Assembly: GCA_009859145.1 (NCBI GenBank)
Contig: VRVR01000053.1
Coordinates: 62,001 to 126,000, forward strand
Direction of reading: 5' to 3'
DNA: 64,000 nt
Source of the DNA: Andalucia godoyi And28
Taxonomy: Eukaryota > Protista > Jakobida
Part shown: positions 9,201 to 17,949 of the stretch, piece after piece
Layout of the letters: each line of letters begins with the position of its first letter
Position numbering within the stretch: position 1 is the stretch's first letter
Program-made: the position numbers and the translations under genes
Notes under the pieces: model-generated
Database searches by the model: none
The model's input: only the letters and a program-made list of their open reading frames with translations
What the model was told of the DNA's origin: nothing

Positions 9201-10936
9201 CAAAAGCCTTGTCGAATGGGCAGCTTGCGAACTTTAACCGCAGCCTGTACGAAATTCACGATCGAGGTTCCGAACAGGGATGTGGGATCCAGAGCAAACA
9301 CCGCTGAAAAGGCATTCCGACGCAACTTGGGAGGAATGCCGCCGGTATACATCGGAGACGACTGCAACAGCGTGCTCAGGGAACTCGGCCAGCTCTTGTA
9401 CATCTTTTGCTTCTCAAGGTCATTCGCCCAGCTGACAGGAGGAGAACGGTAATCAAACCGCGACGGAGCGTTGGACGGAACAGAAAACGGCGAAGGAGAT
9501 GGATTTGCATTCGGAGGCCCAACAGGAATGTGACCTCGAAGCCACGCCGTTGCATTGGAACAGTGCAGAGCGGCTTGGGAATACAACGAATGCTCTTCTT
9601 CGATTTGCTGGAAAATCTGTAAGGAATCCACCGCGTTCAGATCAAACGCTACGGAATTGATAATAAACTTTTCTTCAAAGTCATCCCGATACGATTGGGC
9701 TACTGCATTGCTGTACTGTTGACTGTGCTGCTCTCTGTCGGCCTTTTCCAAAAATACACCATCAAGTTCCACTTCGGACAGTGCCTTGGCGTAAGAAGGC
9801 AGGTTTGATGACAGGTAGGACAAAGCATTCAGCGGATCGTCCTGTGTGAGAATTGTAGACGTCATCTGGTACCCCAATTTCGAGAACGAACTCGTATCCA
9901 AAACACCATCCACCATGGAATCCTGCACCGAATCGTCATCCAAACCAGAAACATGCACAAGTTTGTCGTCAATTTCCGAAGAACAGGAGCGATTGATGTA
10001 ATGCAAACGAGAGGGATCAAAAAGAGCGTTGGAGTCGCGGTCATTCGACGCGTCGTATTCCTGAGACTTCACACGAAACTGGACTCCATAGCCCGTCATG
10101 GGCACCCTCAGCATTTGCCTAGCAGGATCCGCAATGAAATGCACCAAAGCAAATGAAATGCCATCCAGTTTGGTAAACAAAGACGCCAGTAAAGGCCCAA
10201 ACGCCTCCTTTCGACCGTGATCCACATCGATGGCAACAATCAATTCCACACATTCTGAACCGCTGGATGAGAAGACGTGCGCGGGATGAAAAGACTCGAT
10301 GGGTAAACATTTGTCGAGCCCTGTCATCGTAACCCCAGGCAGTCCTGGGAAAGAAGAATTCCAACGAAGCAAGCGCATACCAGCAAACGTGCCTTCTTCC
10401 AAAGGATAATCCAGAAAGCCGCGGAGTGAATTGTGGTCCGAAACAACACCCGGACAGTAGAACTGCAGATCCAAGGACCATCTCCAAATACTCTGTAGCT
10501 TCGAATCGAATTCATCAAAATGCAAAGACAGCACATCCGACAGTGCAGATGTTGCAGCACTCCAGTAGTCTTCGATGGAGTGTTCATCCGCATACGATGG
10601 TAAAATTGCAATTTTCTCCAGAAAATTGGGTAAGGCGCGCGGCTGGTTCTTGATTATGAACTCGCTACATGAACCCTCAACAAGAAGAAAAGCCCACAGG
10701 AAGCCCAAAGGAAAACGGAAAAATGAGCAAACCGTAAAGACGACCATGAATTCAGAGTTGAAAAAAGAGAGGGAAAGGAAAACATACACTGTTTGAGAAA
10801 CCGGGCCGCACGAATTCCACTGAGGAAGCAGAGCAAACTGAGCGTCAAATGAAGAAGAGTAGGTGAGAGCCAAGCCAGAGATTGCAAGAAGCAGCAACAA
10901 ACTCGATGCAGCGTGGAAAGAAGACCTCGATTTCAT
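6209..10936 (-). CDS. UGGT: UDP-glucose:glycoprotein glucosyltransferase; one predicted intron (10665-10787), ~1534 aa spliced
   Basis: Signal peptide. GT24 catalytic domain (IRIFSVSSGAMYERLLRIM, WAYKILFTDVLFP, LDQDLPNYAQH, WLWCESWC, IDLCNNPKTKE). Confidence 0.97.
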   Translation of the reverse strand: MKSRSSFHAASSLLLLLAISGLALTYSSSFDAQFALLPQWNSCGPVSQTVYVFLSLSFFNSEFMVVFTVCSFFRFPLGFLWAFLLVEGSCSEFIIKNQPRALPNFLEKIAILPSYADEHSIEDYWSAATSALSDVLSLHFDEFDSKLQSIWRWSLDLQFYCPGVVSDHNSLRGFLDYPLEEGTFAGMRLLRWNSSFPGLPGVTMTGLDKCLPIESFHPAHVFSSSGSECVELIVAIDVDHGRKEAFGPLLASLFTKLDGISFALVHFIADPARQMLRVPMTGYGVQFRVKSQEYDASNDRDSNALFDPSRLHYINRSCSSEIDDKLVHVSGLDDDSVQDSMVDGVLDTSSFSKLGYQMTSTILTQDDPLNALSYLSSNLPSYAKALSEVELDGVFLEKADREQHSQQYSNAVAQSYRDDFEEKFIINSVAFDLNAVDSLQIFQQIEEEHSLYSQAALHCSNATAWLRGHIPVGPPNANPSPSPFSVPSNAPSRFDYRSPPVSWANDLEKQKMYKSWPSSLSTLLQSSPMYTGGIPPKLRRNAFSAVFALDPTSLFGTSIVNFVQAAVKVRKLPIRQGFWFYDSEVPSSSAELENSIEIGVQGEQQVLGDTMHRSFSARQRIRAFFFRSFKEGGIDALNHLCESLKRILLSSIAEELTAGIFSDQEHNAETFGKLAAAEKKFYAAIGNAEEVMNRLLRGFANESKLQDVLSSMTSMYVKDVSMRMQGALTDLQQQGYGPSNETPLILNLNGLLYILPPPMHRFSMYFPRFLAYEWQHLQERLRNGEIRDKERDSSAHSIDVEILERSHILFASHVKWLFVDPQWHYVSPPDFQRFAGVFSEEDLTDSVPVVLIYNDSAPEVRRTVESAIAMFSTYHLSLTSVPFSASSAVLSALGLSRTYASKNLVWLNGRVLVLDDIPAYSARGLETFFMYEWRHRLDPLARVVDQPVAGLNFAFCSSLFSSSAFSPVGYGRRQHHSFDSQDRFSFTTGSADSWLRIRVNVNPLSEHAPKAALMASFVRDAFKGDALVSFHLRARIQSLNRKDLFYYRMSLRNPASPICISHAVPLGVYSTFFDPPHAFLVRSLDANSDLDNVAPQRTPHLQAIFEVHKLVVESHIFRKGDDHGRGFVGLLPYATQSSLSMEDMVTYVVETSVASSVETSANSRGFYTMSNGGYLQFHVRPFPTILVSPNLEYHSFTPMFSSRDDTFSFVPKTNQIHMFVRSLLPRGFIVDAEETTRPSEQPASKIAEATEASHGFSLSSFFSKLLPKHDTLLKVDPCSPIRIFSVSSGAMYERLLRIMMLSVLRNTCSHVEFYFLESFLSPHFRSSIPFLASKYNFSYSFVNYQWPSARTFLPRPAEKQRVLWAYKILFTDVLFPPVAFPNGSSKVVHKLDRIMILDNDQIARTDMSDLYYMKLRDRHPYAYTPFCDSRTEQEGYRFWKQEGGYWRGHLGGRPYHISALSLVDLTAFRNLRAGDQLRSIFSELSRDPNSLSNLDQDLPNYAQHSVPIHSLQQDWLWCESWCDDRSKATAKTIDLCNNPKTKENKITNAKRVLEEWPGLDAELEAALQEWSSSAA
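10665..10787 (-). other. Spliceosomal intron in UGGT, 123 nt, in frame and stop-free
   Basis: GTATGT donor, pyrimidine-rich body and TGTAG acceptor. Removing it restores the conserved UGGT N-terminal pattern W..P...(V)EF......NFLE. Confidence 0.85.
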
Positions 10937-11355
10937 GGTTTATCAGCGGGGGCAGTGACACTCAACACACTGCGTTCTTTCACCCAGAGCGACGTGTGTA
11001 GCCTTTTCCAAATGCTCTGTGTTTTTGTTTTTGTTTTTTGATTTTTGATTTTTGTTTCCCTTCAGACAAGACACAGTTTCGCGTTGACGAGCGCCACGTG
11101 CCAGTTGCCTGTTGCCAGTTGCCTGACGTCACACAACTCGCACCCCCCTCTTTGTGAGGAGCGGGAAGCCTGCATGCAGCGTGCCAAGAAAAAAAAGGCT
11201 TATCGTGCATTTCCTATTATGCATCATTCCGACCTTCCCCGCCTTGGTAATTGTGCAGAGGAGGACCCTGTGAAATGTCGACAGTGAATTCAGAAGCAGA
11301 TCAAAGAGTGCGAGAAGGGGGCCCGAGTGCGCGAGAGAGTTGAGTTTTTCTGTGC

Positions 11356-12324
11356 ATGATGTCCGTTCGCCGATCTGCAGTTCCGTCTAGCCCGGCTTCG
11401 AGTGCGGCTGACGGGAAGCAGGAATTTTCAGAATCGACATCGCAACCGCCACCCTTGTCTTCAGCTACCACGCAAGAAAGTGGACCGCCAAGAATCCGCG
11501 ATGCTGCTGACTTGGACACGGATCCGATGTTCATCGAGTCCAAATTCCACATTTCGAGGCTCCGGCATTTGATTCAGAACTACCATTTTGTGCATCACAT
11601 GTCTGTGCCGCATCTTCCTGGAAAAGGAGGGCCGCCCGGGACGTCGTATGTGACGGCCGATTCACAAGCTCGCCAACTGGGTGTTCAGCAAGTGTTTCCA
11701 TTGGATGATGCGACTGCAAATTCGTTTGAGCATAAGCGTGCTGAAGCTGCTTTCAAGGATTTGATTGAGCGATGTAAGCATGTGCAGCATTTGTTTACTG
11801 CCCGAATTGACGACAGTACGCACAGGGTTGACTCGCAAGATGTTTCTTCTGGTCTGTCACTTTTGCAGTCGATGATTGCAGAGGAAGAGAAGGATCTTGC
11901 TGAGTGGGAAAAGAAGGCCGCGGATATGCAGCGGCGTGTGGAGCAGGAAGAGTTGGAAAAGGAAGCTCGAGAGGCGGAGGCTGCGTCTGCGCCGGCTGCA
12001 AAGAGGAGGAGAGAGTGGCTGCTGACCAATCTTGAGGCTGCGATTGGTGCCGCCGCGAATCAGAACGGTGCAGCAGAAGCGAGTTGCGCTGAAGAGAACC
12101 GTGTTTCAGTGGTCCAGAAAACAGATGTTTTCGATTTGTCGTTTGACAATGTTTGGAGGGCTGTTGATGAGGCGCAGACTGAAGAAGAACTCTATCTCAT
12201 TTCTCGTGCGGCGCGTCTCGATCCATTAGAAACAAACGTCCAGAGGCAACCGCGTACGCGGCCTGCGATGGAAGAGAAGGTTCGTGGATTCTTGACTGAC
12301 TTTTCAGATGTCATATTCTTGTAA
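11356..12324 (+). CDS. Hypothetical protein (322 aa) with a central coiled coil
   Basis: Long ATG-initiated ORF bounded by AT-rich intergenic DNA, with an E/K/R-rich helical segment. No family recognised. Confidence 0.75.
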   Translation: MMSVRRSAVPSSPASSAADGKQEFSESTSQPPPLSSATTQESGPPRIRDAADLDTDPMFIESKFHISRLRHLIQNYHFVHHMSVPHLPGKGGPPGTSYVTADSQARQLGVQQVFPLDDATANSFEHKRAEAAFKDLIERCKHVQHLFTARIDDSTHRVDSQDVSSGLSLLQSMIAEEEKDLAEWEKKAADMQRRVEQEELEKEAREAEAASAPAAKRRREWLLTNLEAAIGAAANQNGAAEASCAEENRVSVVQKTDVFDLSFDNVWRAVDEAQTEEELYLISRAARLDPLETNVQRQPRTRPAMEEKVRGFLTDFSDVIFL

Positions 12325-12745
12325 GCATGAACAAAACTGTCTTTGGGTTCTTATTTACTTGTGTGTTGTTTCTATTACCTTTTTTTTTTTCTTTTTTTTT
12401 TTTTTTGGTTGCTCCACCACGGTTTTTGTTTCCTCGAGTGCATTTTTCTCCTCTTGCTAGAGGATACCGTGGAGAACTCCCTGGAGGATCCTGTGCTCGG
12501 TTTCTGTGATTGCCGACGGATCCTAGTCCTTTTATTGTCGGTCGTAGTCTTCTCGATTCGCTAAGCACTGCGGAGGGGGGAAAAACAAAGCAGCCGACGG
12601 AAGAACCGAAAATCTCGGGAGTGGAAGGAAGACTTGGAGCTGAGGAGCCTGAACACTGAACACTGGACATTGAACACTGCTGGTCGTTGCTTTTCAAACG
12701 TTTTACAGACTGAAAACATACGGTTCGATCGCTCGTGTGGGAACC

Positions 12746-15700
12746 ATGTTCGGCAAAAAGGTAAAGACTGCAAAACTCGACCTGAAGAACCGTCCTGGAT
12801 ATCTTCCGTGCTATGGGACAGCGTTCTCCAGCACATTCCAGGTCTCGTGCTCCTCCGTGTTCGGCCTCTATGCGGATGAAGAAGTCTCTTCCTTCGCGGA
12901 AGATTCGCTACAGAGTCTTGTTGCAATAGGTACCGTGAAAGGTGACGTGCTCATGTTCGGACATCCAATGATCCGCAGTCGCATTACGCCGCCCGCTGGG
13001 TGCGAAGGAGTGGTAACGGACCTGTGTTTTCTTGTGCCGTTCGGTGCGTTGGCTGTATTGTACTCGAATCGTTGTATTGCTGTCTTTTCCATTGCTGGTG
13101 CCGGGGCGTCGACTATCCGAGTTACTCGGCTGTCCGGCGATGGCCCGGGACCGTGTCTTTTGTATCACTTTAAGAATGCCCGATGTTTGTTTGTCGGATA
13201 TCGAGACGGAAATGTCGGTGTGTTTAACCTGCAGGAATACTTTGTTTCCGACTATCTCCTGTCTCTTTCAGCTATGCTTGCTCTTCCATTTACTGCAGAA
13301 GATCCCAGCCCGTTGTTCGCCAAAGACGTTCGGTACTTGTGCGTGAGTCCTTCGGATGAGAGCCTGTTGTTTGCACAGGTTGGTTCTTTTGGATTGTGCA
13401 GCATCGATTTGATGACCAAGTCTGTTGTTCACATGGAAACCCCGCCCAAGGACTTTCGGTTGGTCTCCGCACATGTCTATTTTGAATCAAGTCCCATCAT
13501 AGTGTGTGTTTTCATTCATCCCACGAGCAATGGTCTGTGTGCTTTGCGTATTTATTCGGTCTCGGAGAAGGACTGCAAACAATGGGACGTTTTGTACGAG
13601 GCGTTTGATTGCAGCCTGTTGTCCCCTTTGGACGGGCGGATTCTGTCTGCGTGTATTTCGGATGACTTGACGCTGTTGGTCAAGAACTGTTCCAGGCAAG
13701 TGTACGTCGCCAAATTCTCGTCGGGATTCAAGACCCTTTCTTCTGTCAATATTTCTGGCTCTCTCTCGTACTGGAAGGGGTTTGGATCGTTTTCCTCAGT
13801 TCCTTCGTGGAGAATACCGGAGTTTAATCCGTTTGTGTACAATGGTGGGATGGTGAATGCTTCTACAGAGACCGTGCTGTGGACTGCTCCGTTCCATTTA
13901 CCGTATTGTGACTCCCTTTCTGAGAGGCTTTCGTTTATGTACGGCTCAGAATGGCCATTTTTCGGCGGAACTCCAGTTAGAACTCCACAATCAAAGAATT
14001 CTTCTTCTTTTTTTACCACCAAGTATGCGCTGGTTCCTTTGTGCGTGTGCTTGTCAAAAGGTGGGCTAGTGCAGGCATGGGCAGCTGGTCGGTTTTTGCT
14101 GGATGCGTGTTCGTTGGCCTTCGATGTGCAGCAGGAATATGTTGCTGCAGATTTTGCGCTCGTTTGCCATGTCTCCAGTCCTTTTGTTGTTGTTACGCAT
14201 CAAGGAAAACCCATCGTTCAATTCCACAGATTTGAGTTTCGATTTTCCGCTCCGAACACGAACGTCTTGCCGATCGAACTTGTCTCGAAGGATCGACCGG
14301 ATTCTGCAACAGCATCACCCACCAGTGTTTCTTGGACGATGGAACTTCCGGATGTTTGCCAATATCAGCATTCTCTGTTAGAACAAGTCCAGAGGAATTT
14401 TCCAAAGAAGAACTTCGTCGTGGCATCCCCGGTTTTTTGCGGGCCAGATGGGGCACAGTGCTTCATCTGTGGCACAGCAAAAGGGAAATTTACGTTGTAC
14501 ATGGTTTCCGGTACATTTCCATCTGTTGAACTGATCTCCAGGGCAAAGTACCAAACAGATGCATCACTGCCAGTGGCAGTGTTTCCCGCATCCGAGACTG
14601 GAATTCCGAGCACGAAGAGTGTTTTATTGTGTGCACCCTTTCGAAGGCTGCAGAACAGCGTGCTTTTGGATGGTGTGGATGAATCATCTGGATGCTTTTC
14701 TGTCTCTCGAGGGTGTGTCGAGTTGTGGGTTTGTGCGAGTTGTGCAGTTAACCCCGGGTTCATATTGCAGATGAATAATGTTGCAGTGAACGGAAGTCGA
14801 TCCCCGCCGCGGCCCAAGCCCGGAAAATGCATGTTGCGGGTTCGATTCTTTCAGAGTTCTTCCTCGAAAGCTGTCGAGTGCCTGTCTGAGGCTCTTGATT
14901 CCTGGGAAGCGATTGACGGTTTGACGTTCTCTGTGCCGTGTGAGCACAGCGATGTGTTTTCTATGTCCTTTACCACAACTTCGTTGTGGTCGACTGGGGA
15001 TGCAGCGTGTGCGGTTCTGGTCATTCCGCCGTCGCAAGATGCCGCACAAGAGATTCGTAATGGCGTTTTCCAGTTTCCATACGTCTTCGATTACGTTTGC
15101 TCTCCCATGTCGCATGCTGTTGTTGCCCAAACGTCATGCGTATCTTTTATGGATTTTCGAGACGCCTGGAACTGGTATCCGACGCAGGGATCCCCAAAGA
15201 AGCCAAAGCGCAAATACGGCACATCGCTCTGGACTCTTCCCGTTGTTTGCAATGTGCGATGTATCCCGCTGGATGTGGCTGTATTTGATCTCCAGTCCCA
15301 ACGGTGGTGCAAGACTCCCTTGTTTGTCGTCGTTACCGCAGATCATACTGTCTTGCTGGTGGATCCCTTTTTTGTCTCCAATTACGTGTCAGTCGAATTG
15401 GGTGATAGGGTTCCGGATGGATATCGAATTCACGATGTTTCCGTATCAGAGGCCACAGGCTCTCTGTTGTTGATTTTGGTGCCATCAGGGTCTGCAGATT
15501 CTTCGCGCGTACTTCTCATGACTGTCGATTTTCTTTCCTCGGTTTCGCTGAAGGAAAACGCTCAGAGTCTCGGTTTTGAATTCTCTCTGTCGGATGAACT
15601 CGATCAGAAGCGCGTTGTCTTTCCTATTTTCTACGCAGCTGATCCAGTGTCTTTCTTCCAGCCCATTGAGACTGGATCGCAGGAAGCGTCGGAACCCAAA

Positions 15701-16069
15701 CCTGTTGCTTCTGGGATTGCCAAACTCAAAAAGGTTTTGAGCGCCTTCAAGGTACCGAGTGGAAAGCCCGCGCAGCCGGTTCTGAGTCAAAGCATCGTTG
15801 ACAATGCGTTGTTTGTTTTACTGTGCACTGCGGATGCGGCAAAGCACTCTAAGAGTAATGCACCCTCTTTTGGGGTTGCTTCTGCGAGTAACGATCAAGG
15901 TGCTGCTACATCGGCTGCACAAGCAAGGGATATGTTGAAGATGCGAGGAGAGAAGCTAAACCAGATGGCAGACAATTCAAGCCGGATGGAAGCCAATGCC
16001 GAGGAGTTTCTTCGAAGCATTCGAGAACATAACGAACGAGAAGCGAAGAAAAAGTGGTGGCAGGTGTGA
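12746..16069 (+). CDS. Tomosyn/Lgl/Sro7-family protein (WD40-like propellers plus C-terminal R-SNARE-like motif), 1107 aa
   Basis: N-terminal LVAIGTVKGDVLMFG propeller start. C-terminal ARDMLKMRGEKLNQMADNSSRMEANAEEF...KKWWQV is typical of the tomosyn (STXBP5) R-SNARE-like tail. Confidence 0.88.
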   Translation: MFGKKVKTAKLDLKNRPGYLPCYGTAFSSTFQVSCSSVFGLYADEEVSSFAEDSLQSLVAIGTVKGDVLMFGHPMIRSRITPPAGCEGVVTDLCFLVPFGALAVLYSNRCIAVFSIAGAGASTIRVTRLSGDGPGPCLLYHFKNARCLFVGYRDGNVGVFNLQEYFVSDYLLSLSAMLALPFTAEDPSPLFAKDVRYLCVSPSDESLLFAQVGSFGLCSIDLMTKSVVHMETPPKDFRLVSAHVYFESSPIIVCVFIHPTSNGLCALRIYSVSEKDCKQWDVLYEAFDCSLLSPLDGRILSACISDDLTLLVKNCSRQVYVAKFSSGFKTLSSVNISGSLSYWKGFGSFSSVPSWRIPEFNPFVYNGGMVNASTETVLWTAPFHLPYCDSLSERLSFMYGSEWPFFGGTPVRTPQSKNSSSFFTTKYALVPLCVCLSKGGLVQAWAAGRFLLDACSLAFDVQQEYVAADFALVCHVSSPFVVVTHQGKPIVQFHRFEFRFSAPNTNVLPIELVSKDRPDSATASPTSVSWTMELPDVCQYQHSLLEQVQRNFPKKNFVVASPVFCGPDGAQCFICGTAKGKFTLYMVSGTFPSVELISRAKYQTDASLPVAVFPASETGIPSTKSVLLCAPFRRLQNSVLLDGVDESSGCFSVSRGCVELWVCASCAVNPGFILQMNNVAVNGSRSPPRPKPGKCMLRVRFFQSSSSKAVECLSEALDSWEAIDGLTFSVPCEHSDVFSMSFTTTSLWSTGDAACAVLVIPPSQDAAQEIRNGVFQFPYVFDYVCSPMSHAVVAQTSCVSFMDFRDAWNWYPTQGSPKKPKRKYGTSLWTLPVVCNVRCIPLDVAVFDLQSQRWCKTPLFVVVTADHTVLLVDPFFVSNYVSVELGDRVPDGYRIHDVSVSEATGSLLLILVPSGSADSSRVLLMTVDFLSSVSLKENAQSLGFEFSLSDELDQKRVVFPIFYAADPVSFFQPIETGSQEASEPKPVASGIAKLKKVLSAFKVPSGKPAQPVLSQSIVDNALFVLLCTADAAKHSKSNAPSFGVASASNDQGAATSAAQARDMLKMRGEKLNQMADNSSRMEANAEEFLRSIREHNEREAKKKWWQV

Positions 16070-16074
16070 TGCAT

Positions 16075-16785
16075 CTACGATCTCTCCGACCGCGCAATGA
16101 TTGTTCTGACGTTGCGTGGACATACCACAATTTCATGCGATCGTGCTGTGGAGGAAAATACCGTCAGATCTTGCAGTACCATAAAATGCCCCGTTTTGCA
16201 ATCTGAGCGACGTTCAACGACTTCTCTGTCCAGCGTCGCGGTCAACGTGCTGCAATGCTCCATTGGTTGCAGGTGCTTAAACTCTTCCAAAGAACACTGT
16301 TGCGACTTCGCCAGTGCGTCTGTTGAAACGAGGAGAAGATGTGCACGATACAATTCCATTTCCGAATACACCTGCATACTCAGCACATAGCACAAAAGAA
16401 AAGGGATCTTGACAGAACACCCCACGACGAGCATTTGGCGCGTGTCCGAATGCTTCAGGAGACTCGATGCTTGGACGTCAGACATGGATTTCAGAGCGAG
16501 ACTGCATGCATGATACAGCTGCGTAGACGAGATACTGCAGCTTGGATCCAGTCCTGCCACACAACCTCCGCCGTCCACCAAGGACGGATGTTGGCAATTG
16601 GGAGAAGGTACAGAGCCTGCATCACGGATGGGTGTCGGTCGAACCGGCGAAGTAAAGATGCCGTCAAAGTCGCCCGGATTCGTGGAAACAGGAAATGATG
16701 ACACGATGTGGCTTGAGGGCGTCTGGGAGCTTTCAGAGCTCCTGACAGAAGACTTTAATCTCGCCAGCTTGTCGTGCAGAGGCAT
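16075..16785 (-). CDS. HROB/C17orf53 (DUF4539)-like OB-fold protein, putative MCM8-9 partner (236 aa)
   Basis: Disordered S/P-rich N-terminus, then KIPFLLCYVLS...LTATLDREVV...GHFMVLQDLTVFS...HEIVVCPRNV, which matches the HROB OB-fold pattern KVP...GTVH...GSVLLL...VFSPS..HYLNVT..N. Confidence 0.65.
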   Translation of the reverse strand: MPLHDKLARLKSSVRSSESSQTPSSHIVSSFPVSTNPGDFDGIFTSPVRPTPIRDAGSVPSPNCQHPSLVDGGGCVAGLDPSCSISSTQLYHACSLALKSMSDVQASSLLKHSDTRQMLVVGCSVKIPFLLCYVLSMQVYSEMELYRAHLLLVSTDALAKSQQCSLEEFKHLQPMEHCSTLTATLDREVVERRSDCKTGHFMVLQDLTVFSSTARSHEIVVCPRNVRTIIARSERS

Positions 16786-17062
16786 CTCTTGCTTGCATAA
16801 CACTCCACAATGGATCAGAATGTGCTTGTTTGGTTGGTTGGTTGTTTGTTTGCGTGATGCGTCCAAACTCTGAAGACCGCTGAATAATAACACGTCATTG
16901 TCATGCATACGGGGGAGTATACATAAACAGACACACAGTCGATACTGGCCGACACTAGCACGTTTTGTTTCACACGGAATCCGTGCTTACGCACGCTCGG
17001 CCAAAATTCAGCCGGTGACACAGGCTCCGCATTTTCGACACTCTTTAACGCAGCATCCGTAG

Positions 17063-17436
17063 CCATCTATTCTATCATTCGTTGGTTTCACTTTTTTTGG
17101 TTTCACTTTTTTATTCAAATATGGGAGCGAGTGCGCTGGGATGACGCATTCGCCTACGCCTACGCCGCTCGATACAGGGCCTCCGAGGTCCCGCAGACCT
17201 ACTAAGAGACCACGTGTCACTACGCCTGCTGCTAGGGCCGTCAGAATCAAAATGCACCCTTCTCAGGAACAACATGTCACGCTGAGAAAGCGGCTCACGG
17301 ATTGATCGAGATTGGGAACGGAGCGCGGAGCATTTATCTGAAGATCGCCGTGGGGCGTGTTGGGGGGCCTATCCCCTTCCCGGCAACGGGATGCAAGACT
17401 GCGTATGCATGTCTATTCGTAGATATGCATGTTCAG
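17063..17436 (+). mobile_element. Fz-A: internally deleted, non-autonomous Fanzor2/TnpB-like element (left end tentative)
   Basis: The 54-aa ORF 17141-17305 carries the TnpB/Fanzor N-terminal motif RAVRIKMHPSQEQHVTL. It is fused directly to the RuvC-III motif IDRDW[+G]NGARSIYLK (17301-17343, one extra G at 17316), followed by three stem-loops and a terminal CAG at 17434-17436. A 15-mer tandem repeat lies at 17082-17111. Confidence 0.82.
17344..17436 (+). ncRNA. Putative omegaRNA scaffold of Fz-A (5' boundary uncertain)
   Basis: Stem-loops TCCCG-GCAA-CGGGA (17378-17391), ATGC-AAGACT-GCGT (17391-17404) and the 11-bp ATGCATGTCTA-TTCG-TAGATATGCAT (17405-17430). The 13-mer GATGCAAGACTGC is shared with Fz-C. 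Confidence 0.65.
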
Positions 17437-17479
17437 TGTGTAATGTAGGCGCAACTCCAGGCGGAGCTTCTGCACCGTA

Positions 17480-17680
17480 GTTGATGCTAAACGACATGCA
17501 GTTGATACATACCTAACAAAGGAACGGAGGGGTTTCCGCAAAAGGCGAAGCGGGAAAAGACGTGGAACTGCTCCGACGCTCGGGAACGGTGGACCGCCAC
17601 GCTCTGGGGAAGCCAAGCAACAAAAGACCGACAAATCGGGAAAAGCTCCTGCTTTTGGGTCCTTTTCACTTCCCAAAATG
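17480..17680 (+). pseudogene. Fragment of a Fz-B-subfamily Fanzor ORF (WED-like region)
   Basis: GNGGPP and APAFGSFSLP match KNGGKPP and AAFWSTFIP of Fz-B. The DNA AAGCTCCTGCTTTTGGGTCC-TTTTCACTTCCC aligns with Fz-B AAGGTGCTGCTTTCTGGTCCACTTTCA-TTCCC. Confidence 0.55.
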
Positions 17681-17949
17681 AGAAGGACATTGTTTGACAT
17701 TCTGCAGATGAGCAGAATCAAAAAGGTTCCGAAATGCTCTCGTGCTGTTGTTGTTGTTTCCATCTTTCCGAATTCCCGAGCGAGGACTTTTCTCGGTTTT
17801 TTTTTGGGGGGGGGGGGTGGGGGTTATTTTGTTATTATTTTTTTTAAACCCCCCTCGAGCTTTTAGAGCGCGCAATTTTCCTTCCTGCAGAATATTAAGA
17901 GCATCTTTTGGCTTCTGCAGGCTGCATCGTGCACGAGGGTTTCAAGGTT

